Below are positions 35,201 through 44,189 of a stretch of DNA of 64,000 nt, piece by piece. Each line of letters starts with the position of its first letter. Within the stretch, counting starts at the first letter, position 1. The notes under the pieces are model-generated. The model was not told the DNA's origin, ran no database searches, and saw nothing but the letters and a program-made list of their open reading frames with translations. The position numbers and the translations under genes were made by a program. Origin of the DNA: a virus; the IMG/VR virus record IMGVR_UViG_3300035698_032311, positions 1-64,000 of that record; one strand, given 5' to 3'.

Positions 35201-35677
35201 CACTATCTCTGTTTTGAATTCTTCTGAATAGCCATTTTGATATTCTTGGGTGAGGGGTGGCTGGTAAAGAAAATCTAATCCTTTTGTTTCTATACTCATT
35301 TCTATCTTATTGGTAGTGGGTTTTTCTTTTAAAATAATTTCAAACTCGTATCCACCTTCTGGGTGAGTTTCTGAAATCGGCAAATCATAAAAATTACTTT
35401 CTATATTTCCCTTTGACCATTTGATTTTGCCTGCTTCTGTAGTAATTTGAGAAATTCCTATTTCATTATCAATCAACCTAACACTAAAATTTACTTCATT
35501 CGACCATCTCATTAATTTCACCTGTGGCAAAAAGTCATTTATCACCTTACTGTCTCCAATTTCAACATTTATTTCATCTTTTGGATCGTCTTTTGGAGTA
35601 AGTAAAAATGTATTATCTTTTATAAGATATTTATCCTTAACTTCTGAATTCAATTTTTTCAAATTTATTATTGACAT
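32231..35677 (-). CDS. large fibre-like protein: globular N-terminus, ~650 aa of Ser/Thr/Leu/Glu-rich degenerate repeats
   Basis: 1148 aa; contains SYTKTLTDTMSVSEVL junction shared with the next two genes, then dozens of x-D/E-S-x-x-L-x-E-S/T-L repeats. Confidence 0.5.
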   Translation of the reverse strand: MSIINLKKLNSEVKDKYLIKDNTFLLTPKDDPKDEINVEIGDSKVINDFLPQVKLMRWSNEVNFSVRLIDNEIGISQITTEAGKIKWSKGNIESNFYDLPISETHPEGGYEFEIILKEKPTTNKIEMSIETKGLDFLYQPPLTQEYQNGYSEEFKTEIVVTETQVKDLEGNILVDRPENVVGSYAVDHQTKGRMNSSTGKEYKTGQMGIVYRPRMTDSVGNWTWEERNIDEKKGIMTITIPQDFLNNAIYPLSSKGTTFGYETIGSSNTLLQDGLLGGNYSASESGTVQTISVGLKYEPGSTHRSKAGLYVVSDSSLVNPQSTTEHNADAIAGFNDYDISDAPITAQNYYITAFFNDQGGRIAYNSSGAGGKDTNPTYDSWPSTASFSTNSNKYSIYATYTPSGGTSYTKTLTDTMSVSEVLKYLDIGRTSTTPSTLTFSEALKKAIDVSKTDSFALAESISTGGILTQSLTDNLTLAESIIKDTGLSLSEILTLSAILESIEGLSLTDSLTLIESLSAESTIKKSLASSILFSVIYSKSLGKNVFETFNLAESFARLISAERTLSEAITLAESLLRVRGQSLSDSITLAESLIKDILIAQTATMPISESNLLDFGKNITDSIALTESLTKNIELTKTETISLSETVDKILTTKRRLSETFSLIDSISPISAYIRALADTLIIAEAVSKSVDIPLSDSFQFAEVMQRWTGVEESISETLSLAENLKTGSGLSKNETLLLTDILSSFLSIQRTFSDSFTLFEALKKSVTLKKDDSFVLSETLLKTIGIQQIESLLFLSGHPISYGGAEGEYGYPYDQYNYSPIPIFNVGKNISESISLTEVLINITAFQRALSDNITLADSLSKLTSFSKTEAISFIDTLSHIAVKEISLADTIGLIESLVKDISVKKQDSLQFLETLAKNVELSKTDSIAFIDQMQRLRSVNIADTLSFSDILTRTLELKPSDSLTFADSLNKNIRLQKFDVFDLIDSLNTFSTIKKHFTDIVTLNEVIELGKVWTVSVDELILLSEIVQKHYILSETDFLVLTEDFKKAKSSELVISEKLPLAETLSKDIRIKVCDTFELIDTLIREFELPLKDSISFAEIISNIFATTPLPHKAILLTKGHKAMLLTKKQKTLLTTKKGKTTLLSK

Positions 35678-35682
35678 ACAAT

Positions 35683-37566
35683 TTAGGGCGATGAAATTCT
35701 CAAGAAATATCTAATAATTGGATAAAGAGAAGGTACTTCATAACTTATTGATTCAGATAAATTCAATGTTTCAGAAAGAATCTTGCCGATTGCAACTCTG
35801 TCAGCTTCAGTTAAAGTAAATGTGTCTGAAAGAGTTTGACTGTGTGTCAATACACTAGTTAGAGCATCTGATAAAGCAACTGCTTCAGTCTGAGGAAGCT
35901 TAAATGTCTTTTTCAAAAGGGATGTTAATAATAAACTTTCTGTTTTTTTAATAATATTGTCTTTCTTTTCTGTTTCAGATATAGTTAAATTTTCAGACTT
36001 TTTGATATCAGTATCTTTCCTTTCTGCTTCAGATATAATCAAACTTTCAGATTTTTTGATATCACTATCTTTCTTTTCTGTTTCAGAGATAGTTAAATTT
36101 TCAGATTTTTTGATATCGCTATCTTTCCTTTCTGTTTCAGAGATAGTTAAATTTTCAGATTTTTTGATATCGCTATCTTTCCTTTCTGTTTCAGAGATAG
36201 TTAAATTTTCAGATTTTTTGATATCGCTATCTTTTCTTAATATACTAACTAAAGTTAAGATTTCAGTAAGTGTTTTTTCGGCACTAATTTCTTCTTTAAT
36301 AGAATCAGTAAGAGTCATAACATGCGGAGAAGTGGGATAATAATCAACATCAATATAATTAAGTTTAGAACTAATATTTAATGAATCCGTTAAAGTCTTT
36401 GTATAAGCAGTGCCAGTCGACGATTCCCATGCTAAATTACCCCCATCCTGAAATCTTCCATCTGTACCCGTCCCATCAATATAAACAAAAGCATAACCAT
36501 CATCAGGCAAATTAGTATGAGCACTAAGTATTATCGGATGTCTTGCAAAAATAAGAGTATTATTTCCCTGATTATTTGTGTCATCATCAGTCAAGCCAGC
36601 TTGAGTTTGCCAACCACCGAGCGGAGTTCTTTCACGATACTGGATATTGTAAATAGCAGTGTTCACCCCCCAACCAAGCCCTGTCCAAACAACGGAAACA
36701 TTATCATCATTATCCAATGCAATAGAGGGATAATCTTGATGATAATCTACATTAGTAACTGCTTCTGGATCATTCCATCCACCACTGTCTTCTGACCTAT
36801 ATCTAATTTGTTGTTTATCTGTATAATCTCCGACACCAATAGTAACCCAAACTATATGAGGATAATTGTTTGAATCAACAGCAATACAACAAGATGACTG
36901 AAACTCTAGATTTCCAGCGTCAGTAATATCTACTGTAACTGCCCAAGTATCCTCACTCACATCCTTAAATCTATACATTATATCTATTGTGAGTAATGCA
37001 CTTCCACCATACCATGCAACATGCACATCATCATTAGAATCAATAGCTATCGAAGGATAATTCTGAACATACTCATTATCAAAAACTGTTTCAGTATCAG
37101 CCCAAGTTCCTTCACTTGTATCTTTAAATCGGTACTTAATATCCGAATCTGACCAAACAACATGTACATCGTCATTCGCATCAACTGCTATTGCCGATTC
37201 TTCTTCCGACCCTGTACCTATGCTTTCTGTATCTCCCCACCCAACCCCTTTTGTCCTTTTACAGTATTGTAAAGTGCCTTGAGCACTTGGGTGATTACTC
37301 CAAGTAGCATGTAAATTATCACTTGAATCAATAGCCAATGCTGGTTTCCAAGCCCCCGCAGGACTCTCATAGGTCGTTACTTGTTCCTCTGTCCAATTCT
37401 CTCCACTATCTATGGAATAAGACACATAAATCTGATAATCATCGCTTCCATCCTGTCTTCTATAAATACACCAAAGTTTTCCATTACTTTCTCGAACCAA
37501 TTTTCTACTAGATACTGGCCAAAACCCATCACCTGATACACTTGCTTTTATTAAATAATCTGACAT
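35683..37566 (-). CDS. fibre-like protein: BNR/Asp-box β-propeller head plus tandem-repeat tail
   Basis: 627 aa; Asp-box SIDSGENW and repeated …D..H..W blades; junction AYTKTLTDSLNIS; 6 copies of KDSDIKKSENLTISETER. Confidence 0.55.
   Translation of the reverse strand: MSDYLIKASVSGDGFWPVSSRKLVRESNGKLWCIYRRQDGSDDYQIYVSYSIDSGENWTEEQVTTYESPAGAWKPALAIDSSDNLHATWSNHPSAQGTLQYCKRTKGVGWGDTESIGTGSEEESAIAVDANDDVHVVWSDSDIKYRFKDTSEGTWADTETVFDNEYVQNYPSIAIDSNDDVHVAWYGGSALLTIDIMYRFKDVSEDTWAVTVDITDAGNLEFQSSCCIAVDSNNYPHIVWVTIGVGDYTDKQQIRYRSEDSGGWNDPEAVTNVDYHQDYPSIALDNDDNVSVVWTGLGWGVNTAIYNIQYRERTPLGGWQTQAGLTDDDTNNQGNNTLIFARHPIILSAHTNLPDDGYAFVYIDGTGTDGRFQDGGNLAWESSTGTAYTKTLTDSLNISSKLNYIDVDYYPTSPHVMTLTDSIKEEISAEKTLTEILTLVSILRKDSDIKKSENLTISETERKDSDIKKSENLTISETERKDSDIKKSENLTISETEKKDSDIKKSESLIISEAERKDTDIKKSENLTISETEKKDNIIKKTESLLLTSLLKKTFKLPQTEAVALSDALTSVLTHSQTLSDTFTLTEADRVAIGKILSETLNLSESISYEVPSLYPIIRYFLRISSP
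35945..36265. repeat. six near-perfect tandem 54-bp repeats inside the BNR-fibre gene
   Basis: tatcgctatctttcctttctgtttcagagatagttaaattttcagattttttga repeated head-to-tail. Confidence 0.8.
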
Positions 37567-37673
37567 AAACTATGTTTTGTTAATCTGATGACTACAACAG
37601 ATAACTTCTATAACTATATTTTTACTAAAAAATCAATTGTTTTTTAATTAATAATAACTTTATTGAATTTTTG

Positions 37674-39188
37674 TTATGGTCCAATATGTAAAATATGCCT
37701 GATTACTACTGGCATTTCATAAGTATGATCTTCTGAAATCGACATTGTATCAGTAAATATTTTAGCAACATGAAGTCTTTGACTTTCAGTTAATGTAAAT
37801 GCATCAGAAAGCGTGGCTTGTCGCCCGACAACACTAGACAAGCTTTCAACAAAAGTCAATGCTTCAGTCGTTTTCAGCCCAAAAAGTTTTACTAAAGATT
37901 CTGTAAATGCTAATGAATCCGAAGACATTTTTCCAAAAATAGAACCAGTAGATTCAGAAACAGACATTGTTTCACTTAATGATTTTGAAAAAGCATTAAC
38001 TTTTTGAACAGATTCAGATATTGATAATGCTTCATTTTTCAAAAGAGTTGGACTTTTTTTCAAACTGTCAGAAACTGATAAAGTTTCTGTTAATGTTTTA
38101 GTGTAAGCAACACCTGCACTATAATCCTCTTCCACCCCCCAAGCTACTAAAGCATCTGTTTCAGAATAATAATTTACCTTTCTCCAATCATTTGAACGAA
38201 CAGTTGTAGATATTCTTGGTTCATCTATTGAGCCAATAAACCATCTTGCTGTGTTGTCGTTTTGGTGTCCTATGCGAGTTACCTGATTTGCGTCATATAT
38301 ATTTCCACTCCCAGTCCCTGCCGAACCTCCGTCGTTATCAAGAACATTGTCAATATATAAGTTTATTGTCGTTCCGTCCCATGTCATTTCTATCTTGTGC
38401 CAATTACCGTCATCTATTACATCGTCTCCTACTTGATATTTATAGGTATCACTTGCTCCTGCATAGATGGCAACATAAATTGTGCCGTCTATATATTTCC
38501 ACATTGTAAAACTACGAGAGCCAATCCCACCATTCCACTCTCCAATAATTCCACCATAGTCTCCCACCATTGTTGTTTTTATCCACACACTTAGGGTTAT
38601 ATGGTTTACATCAATATCTGCAATCTCGTTATAGTCGTCTCCGTCATAATCAACAGATTTGGCTATCTTTCCTGCGGAGTTGTAGGTTGGGTTTCCTGAC
38701 TCACCTGTTACATCATTATTGTTGGAGGTTGCATCATCTAAATCTGTATAAGCTGCACCAGTTAAATGTTGAACCATTTTAAAATTACTATCCCAAACTT
38801 CTGTCCTACTCCCACTATCTGCTACATAAGTTGTATTAGCGTCTTGAGCATCGTCATAATAAAAATAAAGTATATTTTGTTCTCCTGTTGCCGAAGCATA
38901 TAAAACCCAATCTGATTTAGAAATCCATAACTCTGCCGTTTCATTAGCATCATCCCACTTTTCTATCTCTCCATAGATTTGAGTAGTTCCATCTCCTAAA
39001 GTAATAGCAATTTTATTTCTGTTCTCATCACTTTGGAGTTCATCAAAGATACTTGAAATATCTGTGCTTCCAGTTCCAGAAGATGTGCTTATATTTAACC
39101 TAACTGGTAAATGCGTTTGATTAGAATCAATGTTTGTGTCTGATACTGTTATTGACCTTCTGTGTGTATATGTCCCTAACCAAGCCAT
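37674..39188 (-). CDS. fibre-like protein: LamG/concanavalin-like lectin head plus repeat tail
   Basis: 504 aa; …WHKIEMTWDGTTINLYIDNV… is LamG_3-like; junction AYTKTLTETLSVSDSL; C-terminus parallels the 35683 gene. Confidence 0.5.
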   Translation of the reverse strand: MAWLGTYTHRRSITVSDTNIDSNQTHLPVRLNISTSSGTGSTDISSIFDELQSDENRNKIAITLGDGTTQIYGEIEKWDDANETAELWISKSDWVLYASATGEQNILYFYYDDAQDANTTYVADSGSRTEVWDSNFKMVQHLTGAAYTDLDDATSNNNDVTGESGNPTYNSAGKIAKSVDYDGDDYNEIADIDVNHITLSVWIKTTMVGDYGGIIGEWNGGIGSRSFTMWKYIDGTIYVAIYAGASDTYKYQVGDDVIDDGNWHKIEMTWDGTTINLYIDNVLDNDGGSAGTGSGNIYDANQVTRIGHQNDNTARWFIGSIDEPRISTTVRSNDWRKVNYYSETDALVAWGVEEDYSAGVAYTKTLTETLSVSDSLKKSPTLLKNEALSISESVQKVNAFSKSLSETMSVSESTGSIFGKMSSDSLAFTESLVKLFGLKTTEALTFVESLSSVVGRQATLSDAFTLTESQRLHVAKIFTDTMSISEDHTYEMPVVIRHILHIGP

Positions 39189-39288
39189 AGTTATTTATAA
39201 GCAATTTTAATTAGTAAGTATGTTATGAATAATAACCATGGAATAGCTATAATTGCTTCCAGATGTATTGTATCTTGAAATTTTAATT

Positions 39289-39897
39289 TCATATGTTTTT
39301 GAGATTAATAGTTTTAAAATGAGAGCATTGATAATCTGTCGGACAAAAAATTTTAAAGCCCACTTCTTTAGCTTTTTTTGAAAAACTTAAATCTAAACCC
39401 ATTGTTTCAATACCATTTTCATCAAATATTCTTTCAAAGGGTGCTTTTATTTTTTCAAGCACATTTCTTTTTATTAAAATACAACCTGTCCCGCCTGCGT
39501 CAATTTCAATAAGGTCATTTTCAGGCAAATCTTTAATTGGTTGCCAGTAACCATTAGCATCAGTTTTATAAACATTCCAGCCAACTTTGTATTGATAAAT
39601 CAGTGTTGGACAAATAATAACATCTTTATTTAATAAAATGAGCTCAAATGGATTTTGAGAAGGCACAACATCTTCATCAATCATAATCAACCACTCATTA
39701 TTTGATTTTAAGAATTTTTGAACAATATGATTGCGTGCATGAGCACATGGCTTTTCTTCAGTAAAATTGACAAAAATTTTATATGGCGAGTTTTTGCACC
39801 ATTTAATCAGTTTAAGTGCAAGTTCTTTTCTGATACTACCTTGAGTCAAGATAGCTAAATATACCTCTGAATCATTTTTTAACTTGTTTTCTGCCAT
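39289..39897 (-). CDS. GT-A fold glycosyltransferase (DxD)
   Basis: IMIDEDVVP DxD motif; paralog of 40005 and 58675 genes (…GTGCILIK…). Confidence 0.45.
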   Translation of the reverse strand: MAENKLKNDSEVYLAILTQGSIRKELALKLIKWCKNSPYKIFVNFTEEKPCAHARNHIVQKFLKSNNEWLIMIDEDVVPSQNPFELILLNKDVIICPTLIYQYKVGWNVYKTDANGYWQPIKDLPENDLIEIDAGGTGCILIKRNVLEKIKAPFERIFDENGIETMGLDLSFSKKAKEVGFKIFCPTDYQCSHFKTINLKNI

Positions 39898-40004
39898 TTC
39901 TGTGTGATTTTTATAAGTAGTTAATGAATAACACCTCTTTGATATAAAAAACTCCCAGAGCATCATCTAGATATGTCTGAGAGAGCTCTAATAATAACTT
40001 TAGA

Positions 40005-40700
40005 TTAATTTCTTTTATAAAGTTCCTTGTCTCGAGCTCTTTTGTTTAAAAACCCCCTTAAGCCGTTATTCCATTTCTTTTTAGCTTCAGGTGATAAGTG
40101 GGCAATATAATAATTTTCATCAATAACTTGGTTGCTTCCAATATGTCCGATTTTAAGAGACGAATCTACCCAAATTTTATAGCCCAATTTAAGAGCATTT
40201 GAACACCAAGTAAGGTCACTACTGAACAAATGGTCTTTATAATAATAATAAGGCGGCTTCATTTTCTTAAACACGTCCATCTTAATCAGCATACAGGACA
40301 TTCCTGTCGCGTCTACACTCACGAGTCCGTGGTAATAAGCCATTGTATTATAAGATTTTTCTATATCGTTCCATTTGAAAATACAGGGATAATGCGGTTT
40401 TATTCTTCGAAAAGCAAGTGCATTTACAATATTTAATTTATGTTCTAATAATCTTTTTAATGCATCGGGAGGAAAAGTCATGTCAACATCAATAAAAAAC
40501 AGATAGTCACTATGACTTTTCAATGCTTCCGATACTATATAATTTCGAGCAAATGGTAATTGTACACCCAGCGTTGAAATAAACCGGACATCAGTATTTG
40601 GGGGATATTCAAGGGCAATCAGACACTGCACAAATTTTGTATGAAGAAATTCTGATGCACTCGGCATTCCAACTGCTATTTTTAATCTTTTTGACTCCAT
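40005..40700 (-). CDS. GT-A fold glycosyltransferase (DxD), paralog
   Basis: FFIDVDMTFPP…ATGMSCMLIK…IGHIG. Confidence 0.45.
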   Translation of the reverse strand: MESKRLKIAVGMPSASEFLHTKFVQCLIALEYPPNTDVRFISTLGVQLPFARNYIVSEALKSHSDYLFFIDVDMTFPPDALKRLLEHKLNIVNALAFRRIKPHYPCIFKWNDIEKSYNTMAYYHGLVSVDATGMSCMLIKMDVFKKMKPPYYYYKDHLFSSDLTWCSNALKLGYKIWVDSSLKIGHIGSNQVIDENYYIAHLSPEAKKKWNNGLRGFLNKRARDKELYKRN

Positions 40701-40962
40701 AGTCTTAAGACATACTGCCTCTCTACCTGAAGTTCTCGAACTTTCGGAGAGGCCTTGGTTCACGAACTTCAGTATAGCATGTCAAGGATTCATGTTTATT
40801 TTGGTTATCGATATCAACAACCAAATTTAAAGCTAGCTTGATCCGCAGGTCACTGTCCAAGTAATTGTTAGGGTCATTCTGTTACTTTTATAACCTCTTT
40901 GTTGAGGCGAGTAAATATTTCTATTTACTTCTCTATGTCGCCATAGAGTTCAGACTTTCTCA

Positions 40963-41682
40963 TTATCCTATATTTAAAGAATCAACACAGTTAGAAGAAC
41001 TTTCTTTAATCTCATTTTCTTTTAATCGTATTACCTGATATCCATTCTTCTTTAATAGCTGAGTATATTTTTTATCTCTCTCAATCACATTAGGTAAAGA
41101 ATGCCAGTATTTTCCATCACAATATATTGCAAGATTATATTTGGGTACAAAGAAATCAACTATAGTAGAAAATATTAAATATTGTTTTTTATAAACTATC
41201 TTTCGTGTCTTAAGTTCAGCTTCAATTATCCTCTCGATAAGTGTGTCTTTTTTTATCCAACTTTTAGATAAAATTTTCATCATTCGTTCCTTTTCAACAG
41301 GATTACTCCATCTTTTCTGTTGACCTGCTTTCATTCTTTCTACAACTTCTTCTGATATTTTTCTGCCTATTAATTTTTTCTTAATTTTATTAATCGTTTC
41401 TTGAGAATAAATTCCTTTTTTATTCTTATTCCAGGCTACTATTATTCCTTTAAGACCTTTATTCCATGGTATCATTCTTTTTTTAAACTCGCTTTTTGGA
41501 TGATTTCCTTTCTTAAATCCGTAAGTATTACCTTTCATAAATTTTCTCATCTTCTCTTTTCGTTCAGTTGACCAAGGACTATTATAATTTCTTCTCATTT
41601 TTTTGATTGATTCTTTTGTATGATGTGAATCTTTCTTCATATATAGGATACTCTCCGTCAAGTCGTTACACCTTCCGCACAA
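40963..41682 (-). CDS. homing-endonuclease-like protein: NUMOD3 repeats plus C-terminal Vsr/DUF559-like nuclease
   Basis: GNHPKSEFKKRMIPWNKG and IYSQETINKIKKKLIGRKISEE are NUMOD3-like; C-terminal …YCDGKYWHS…RD…LLKKNGYQVIRL is a Vsr-fold PD-(D/E)xK domain. Confidence 0.5.
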   Translation of the reverse strand: MCGRCNDLTESILYMKKDSHHTKESIKKMRRNYNSPWSTERKEKMRKFMKGNTYGFKKGNHPKSEFKKRMIPWNKGLKGIIVAWNKNKKGIYSQETINKIKKKLIGRKISEEVVERMKAGQQKRWSNPVEKERMMKILSKSWIKKDTLIERIIEAELKTRKIVYKKQYLIFSTIVDFFVPKYNLAIYCDGKYWHSLPNVIERDKKYTQLLKKNGYQVIRLKENEIKESSSNCVDSLNIG

Positions 41683-42218
41683 GCGGCTTGGCTCGGGATT
41701 GTCTTGAATATTTTATCAAGGTTTTCCCCGAATTTGAAGAGTTTTTCATTTAGGATTACTCCTAAAGCGGACAAATTTTTATCCGCAGCCCCTTTGTTAA
41801 TTACTGGGAATGTTGCTCCACAGAGCATTGTTCCTGCACCAGAACTATTGAAAACACCCGCTTCAGTTATTGCTCCTGTTCCATCTGCAGCTGCCCATGT
41901 AGCTTTATAAACCACATCATTATCATCTGCACCAGAAAGTTGATCTGGGTAATTAGCAGATAATGCATTTCTATCTAGTTGACTACCCAATGTAGTCGCA
42001 CCAGTAGTAAAAGCAGTAGCAGAAGTTCCAATCGCCATCCATCCCATTCCAGCTTCATCAGGAGAAACATCTAATTGATCTGCAACATGAGCATCTCCTG
42101 TATCCATAAATGTATTTTCCTGTATGTGAAAATCTTTCAATCGACCCTCTTCGTCGTATATTTCCAGCTTAATTTTTCCCTTCAATGGAACTAATTCATG
42201 AACTTTTTTCTTTTTCAT
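41658..42218 (-). CDS. higher-GC Ala/Gly/Thr-rich protein, possible decoration/structural protein
   Basis: 186 aa; composition differs from neighbours. Confidence 0.25.
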   Translation of the reverse strand: MKKKKVHELVPLKGKIKLEIYDEEGRLKDFHIQENTFMDTGDAHVADQLDVSPDEAGMGWMAIGTSATAFTTGATTLGSQLDRNALSANYPDQLSGADDNDVVYKATWAAADGTGAITEAGVFNSSGAGTMLCGATFPVINKGAADKNLSALGVILNEKLFKFGENLDKIFKTIPSQAACAEGVTT

Positions 42219-42236
42219 AATAAGAAAGAAGATTGG

Positions 42237-42452
42237 TTATTTAGGTTTAGCTTCCTTTTTAGGAACATCCTCAAAAGTAACAACATCAATTTCAACTTTT
42301 TTTCTTACAGGTCTCTTTCCAGGAACTTCAAGTACTCCTCTTTCAGCAAGAAGAGCTGCTGCCGGCCCTGGTAATTCCATCATATCACCGGGCTTTCTCA
42401 TTTTGCCAGCTTTCATAATCGGTACAAGAAATTTGACTTTTACCATCTTCAT
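42237..42452 (-). CDS. small basic protein
   Basis: 71-aa ORF, higher GC. Confidence 0.3.
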   Translation of the reverse strand: MKMVKVKFLVPIMKAGKMRKPGDMMELPGPAAALLAERGVLEVPGKRPVRKKVEIDVVTFEDVPKKEAKPK

Positions 42453-42486
42453 TTGTTTTTATTTACTAACATATTCGACCTTTAAT

Positions 42487-42792
42487 TCAATAATGAATTT
42501 CTTTAAAATGTTTTTGTACTTCTTGTTCATTTAAAAATTTCTGTTCACAAAACAAGCAATAAAAATTTCCTTTTTCGATATCTTCAGTGTCATATGGTGT
42601 TACAATCTCTACTTTTGAAACTCTTAAATGCTCTCTTGTTTTATCATAACTCTCAGGCTGTGTTGGCACCTGTTGAATAACTACACGAGGATTATTCTTT
42701 GCCCAGTTCGGTAATCTGTCTCGATATTCAACACTTCCATGCTTGATATTTCTATCAGACGGAAAATTTAATGGTGATGTTATTTTCCACAT
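42487..42792 (-). CDS. hypothetical protein with C-terminal C2H2-like zinc finger
   Basis: YCLFCEQKF…VQKHFKEIH. Confidence 0.3.
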   Translation of the reverse strand: MWKITSPLNFPSDRNIKHGSVEYRDRLPNWAKNNPRVVIQQVPTQPESYDKTREHLRVSKVEIVTPYDTEDIEKGNFYCLFCEQKFLNEQEVQKHFKEIHY

Positions 42793-42828
42793 ATTACAAA
42801 AACTACTTCATTCATTATAATTTTATAA

Positions 42829-43485
42829 TTAAACATCATTTTGTAAACTTTTCTTAATATATTTAATTTTAAATGCTTGGTATATTTTTAATAATACAAA
42901 AGGTACTATTTTTTTATTTAAATGAGTTTTGTCTTTTGAACTTTTGATAGGAAAATTAGAATATTTAGATGACACACTACCATTTTTATTTGAAACCATT
43001 GAAAATATATTGATAAACGGTATATTATTTTCTTTACAAAACATATCAAGTTTCTCATTAAATTCTTTTACTATTTGAACTCGAACAACCAATGGAGCAA
43101 AATATGGCAAATTCCAGAGATCTGGAGTATCCTGAGAGGGAGGAATACTATAAATGCAAATCTTAAAACCCATCTTTTCTATTTCTTTTATCATCTTTCC
43201 GTAATTCGCAATAGTATTGTCAATCAATATGCTAATAGGTATCTTATCTCTTTTATGAATGTTATAAATATGAAGCCCACAATCTATTTCACCAAAACTT
43301 AATAAGACTATATCATTTATTTTATCTATATTTTCTTCTTTTAATATTTTTAACACTCTCAATCTTGAACTGTGTTCACTTTCACCAAGTTTAAAAGCTG
43401 TCGCTGCCCAATTCTTATGAACAATAAAGTTATCATTTTCTTTAAAAGAAAAAATATGACTATCTCCGATTGCATGAATTTTCAT
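42829..43485 (-). CDS. SGNH/GDSL hydrolase (esterase/O-acetyl-modifying)
   Basis: N-terminal IHAIGDSH (GDSx block I). Confidence 0.55.
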   Translation of the reverse strand: MKIHAIGDSHIFSFKENDNFIVHKNWAATAFKLGESEHSSRLRVLKILKEENIDKINDIVLLSFGEIDCGLHIYNIHKRDKIPISILIDNTIANYGKMIKEIEKMGFKICIYSIPPSQDTPDLWNLPYFAPLVVRVQIVKEFNEKLDMFCKENNIPFINIFSMVSNKNGSVSSKYSNFPIKSSKDKTHLNKKIVPFVLLKIYQAFKIKYIKKSLQNDV

Positions 43486-44189
43486 TGTTTTTGAAAAACT
43501 AAAAGAGGATTTATATCTGAAAGTCTAATCATTTTTAATAATTTTAACTTCGCTAACCGTGCATGCAAATGAAGAAAAGCAAGATAAAATGTTTCTTTTT
43601 GATGTGTTTCTTGAAAAATTTCAAAATTTGGCAAAACTAAAAATCTCCATTTTATTACAGCTTGGCTTCTTTTAAAACTTGAAGTAGTCAATCTTATAAT
43701 TATTTTTTCTTGTGCTTTAAAACTTTTAATAATTACTTTTGTAAGACCATGAAGAATAACATCATCAGTGTCCCAATAATCAACAATAAACAATCCATCT
43801 TTTCGTAAATGTCGTGAAACTATTTTAAAAAATTGTGGAATATCACGTTTTTTTAGATATCCAAGTACATCAAAAAGACAAACACATGCGTCAAATTTTT
43901 GGGAACTCTTAAAGTTTAAAATATCATCACATTTAAATTTTAAATTGCTATTTTTTATTTTCTTTTGTGCAATTTTAATCATGTCAGGAGATTTATCAAT
44001 TCCAAACACAGTATATCCTTGTTGAGCTAAAATTGACGAATGTCGCCCTGTTCCACAACCAATATCAAGAACTTTTTTTATATTATGTTCTTTAAAAATT
44101 GTATCTAAAAAATCAACTTCAGCTTTATAGTCTTTTCTTTGGTATGTAATATCATAGATATTAGCATACTTTTCTTTAAAAACACTCAT
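43482..44189 (-). CDS. class I SAM-dependent methyltransferase
   Basis: VLDIGCGTGRHS motif I. Confidence 0.7.
   Translation of the reverse strand: MSVFKEKYANIYDITYQRKDYKAEVDFLDTIFKEHNIKKVLDIGCGTGRHSSILAQQGYTVFGIDKSPDMIKIAQKKIKNSNLKFKCDDILNFKSSQKFDACVCLFDVLGYLKKRDIPQFFKIVSRHLRKDGLFIVDYWDTDDVILHGLTKVIIKSFKAQEKIIIRLTTSSFKRSQAVIKWRFLVLPNFEIFQETHQKETFYLAFLHLHARLAKLKLLKMIRLSDINPLLVFQKQ

Noticed and set aside
35945-36340. Possible CRISPR array (regular 54-bp repeats)
   Set aside because: The repeats are contiguous with no spacers and in-frame within a long ORF. They are coding tandem repeats, not CRISPR.
35957-36340. 127-aa plus-strand ORF
   Set aside because: It is the antisense frame of the tandem-repeat region of the BNR-fibre gene.
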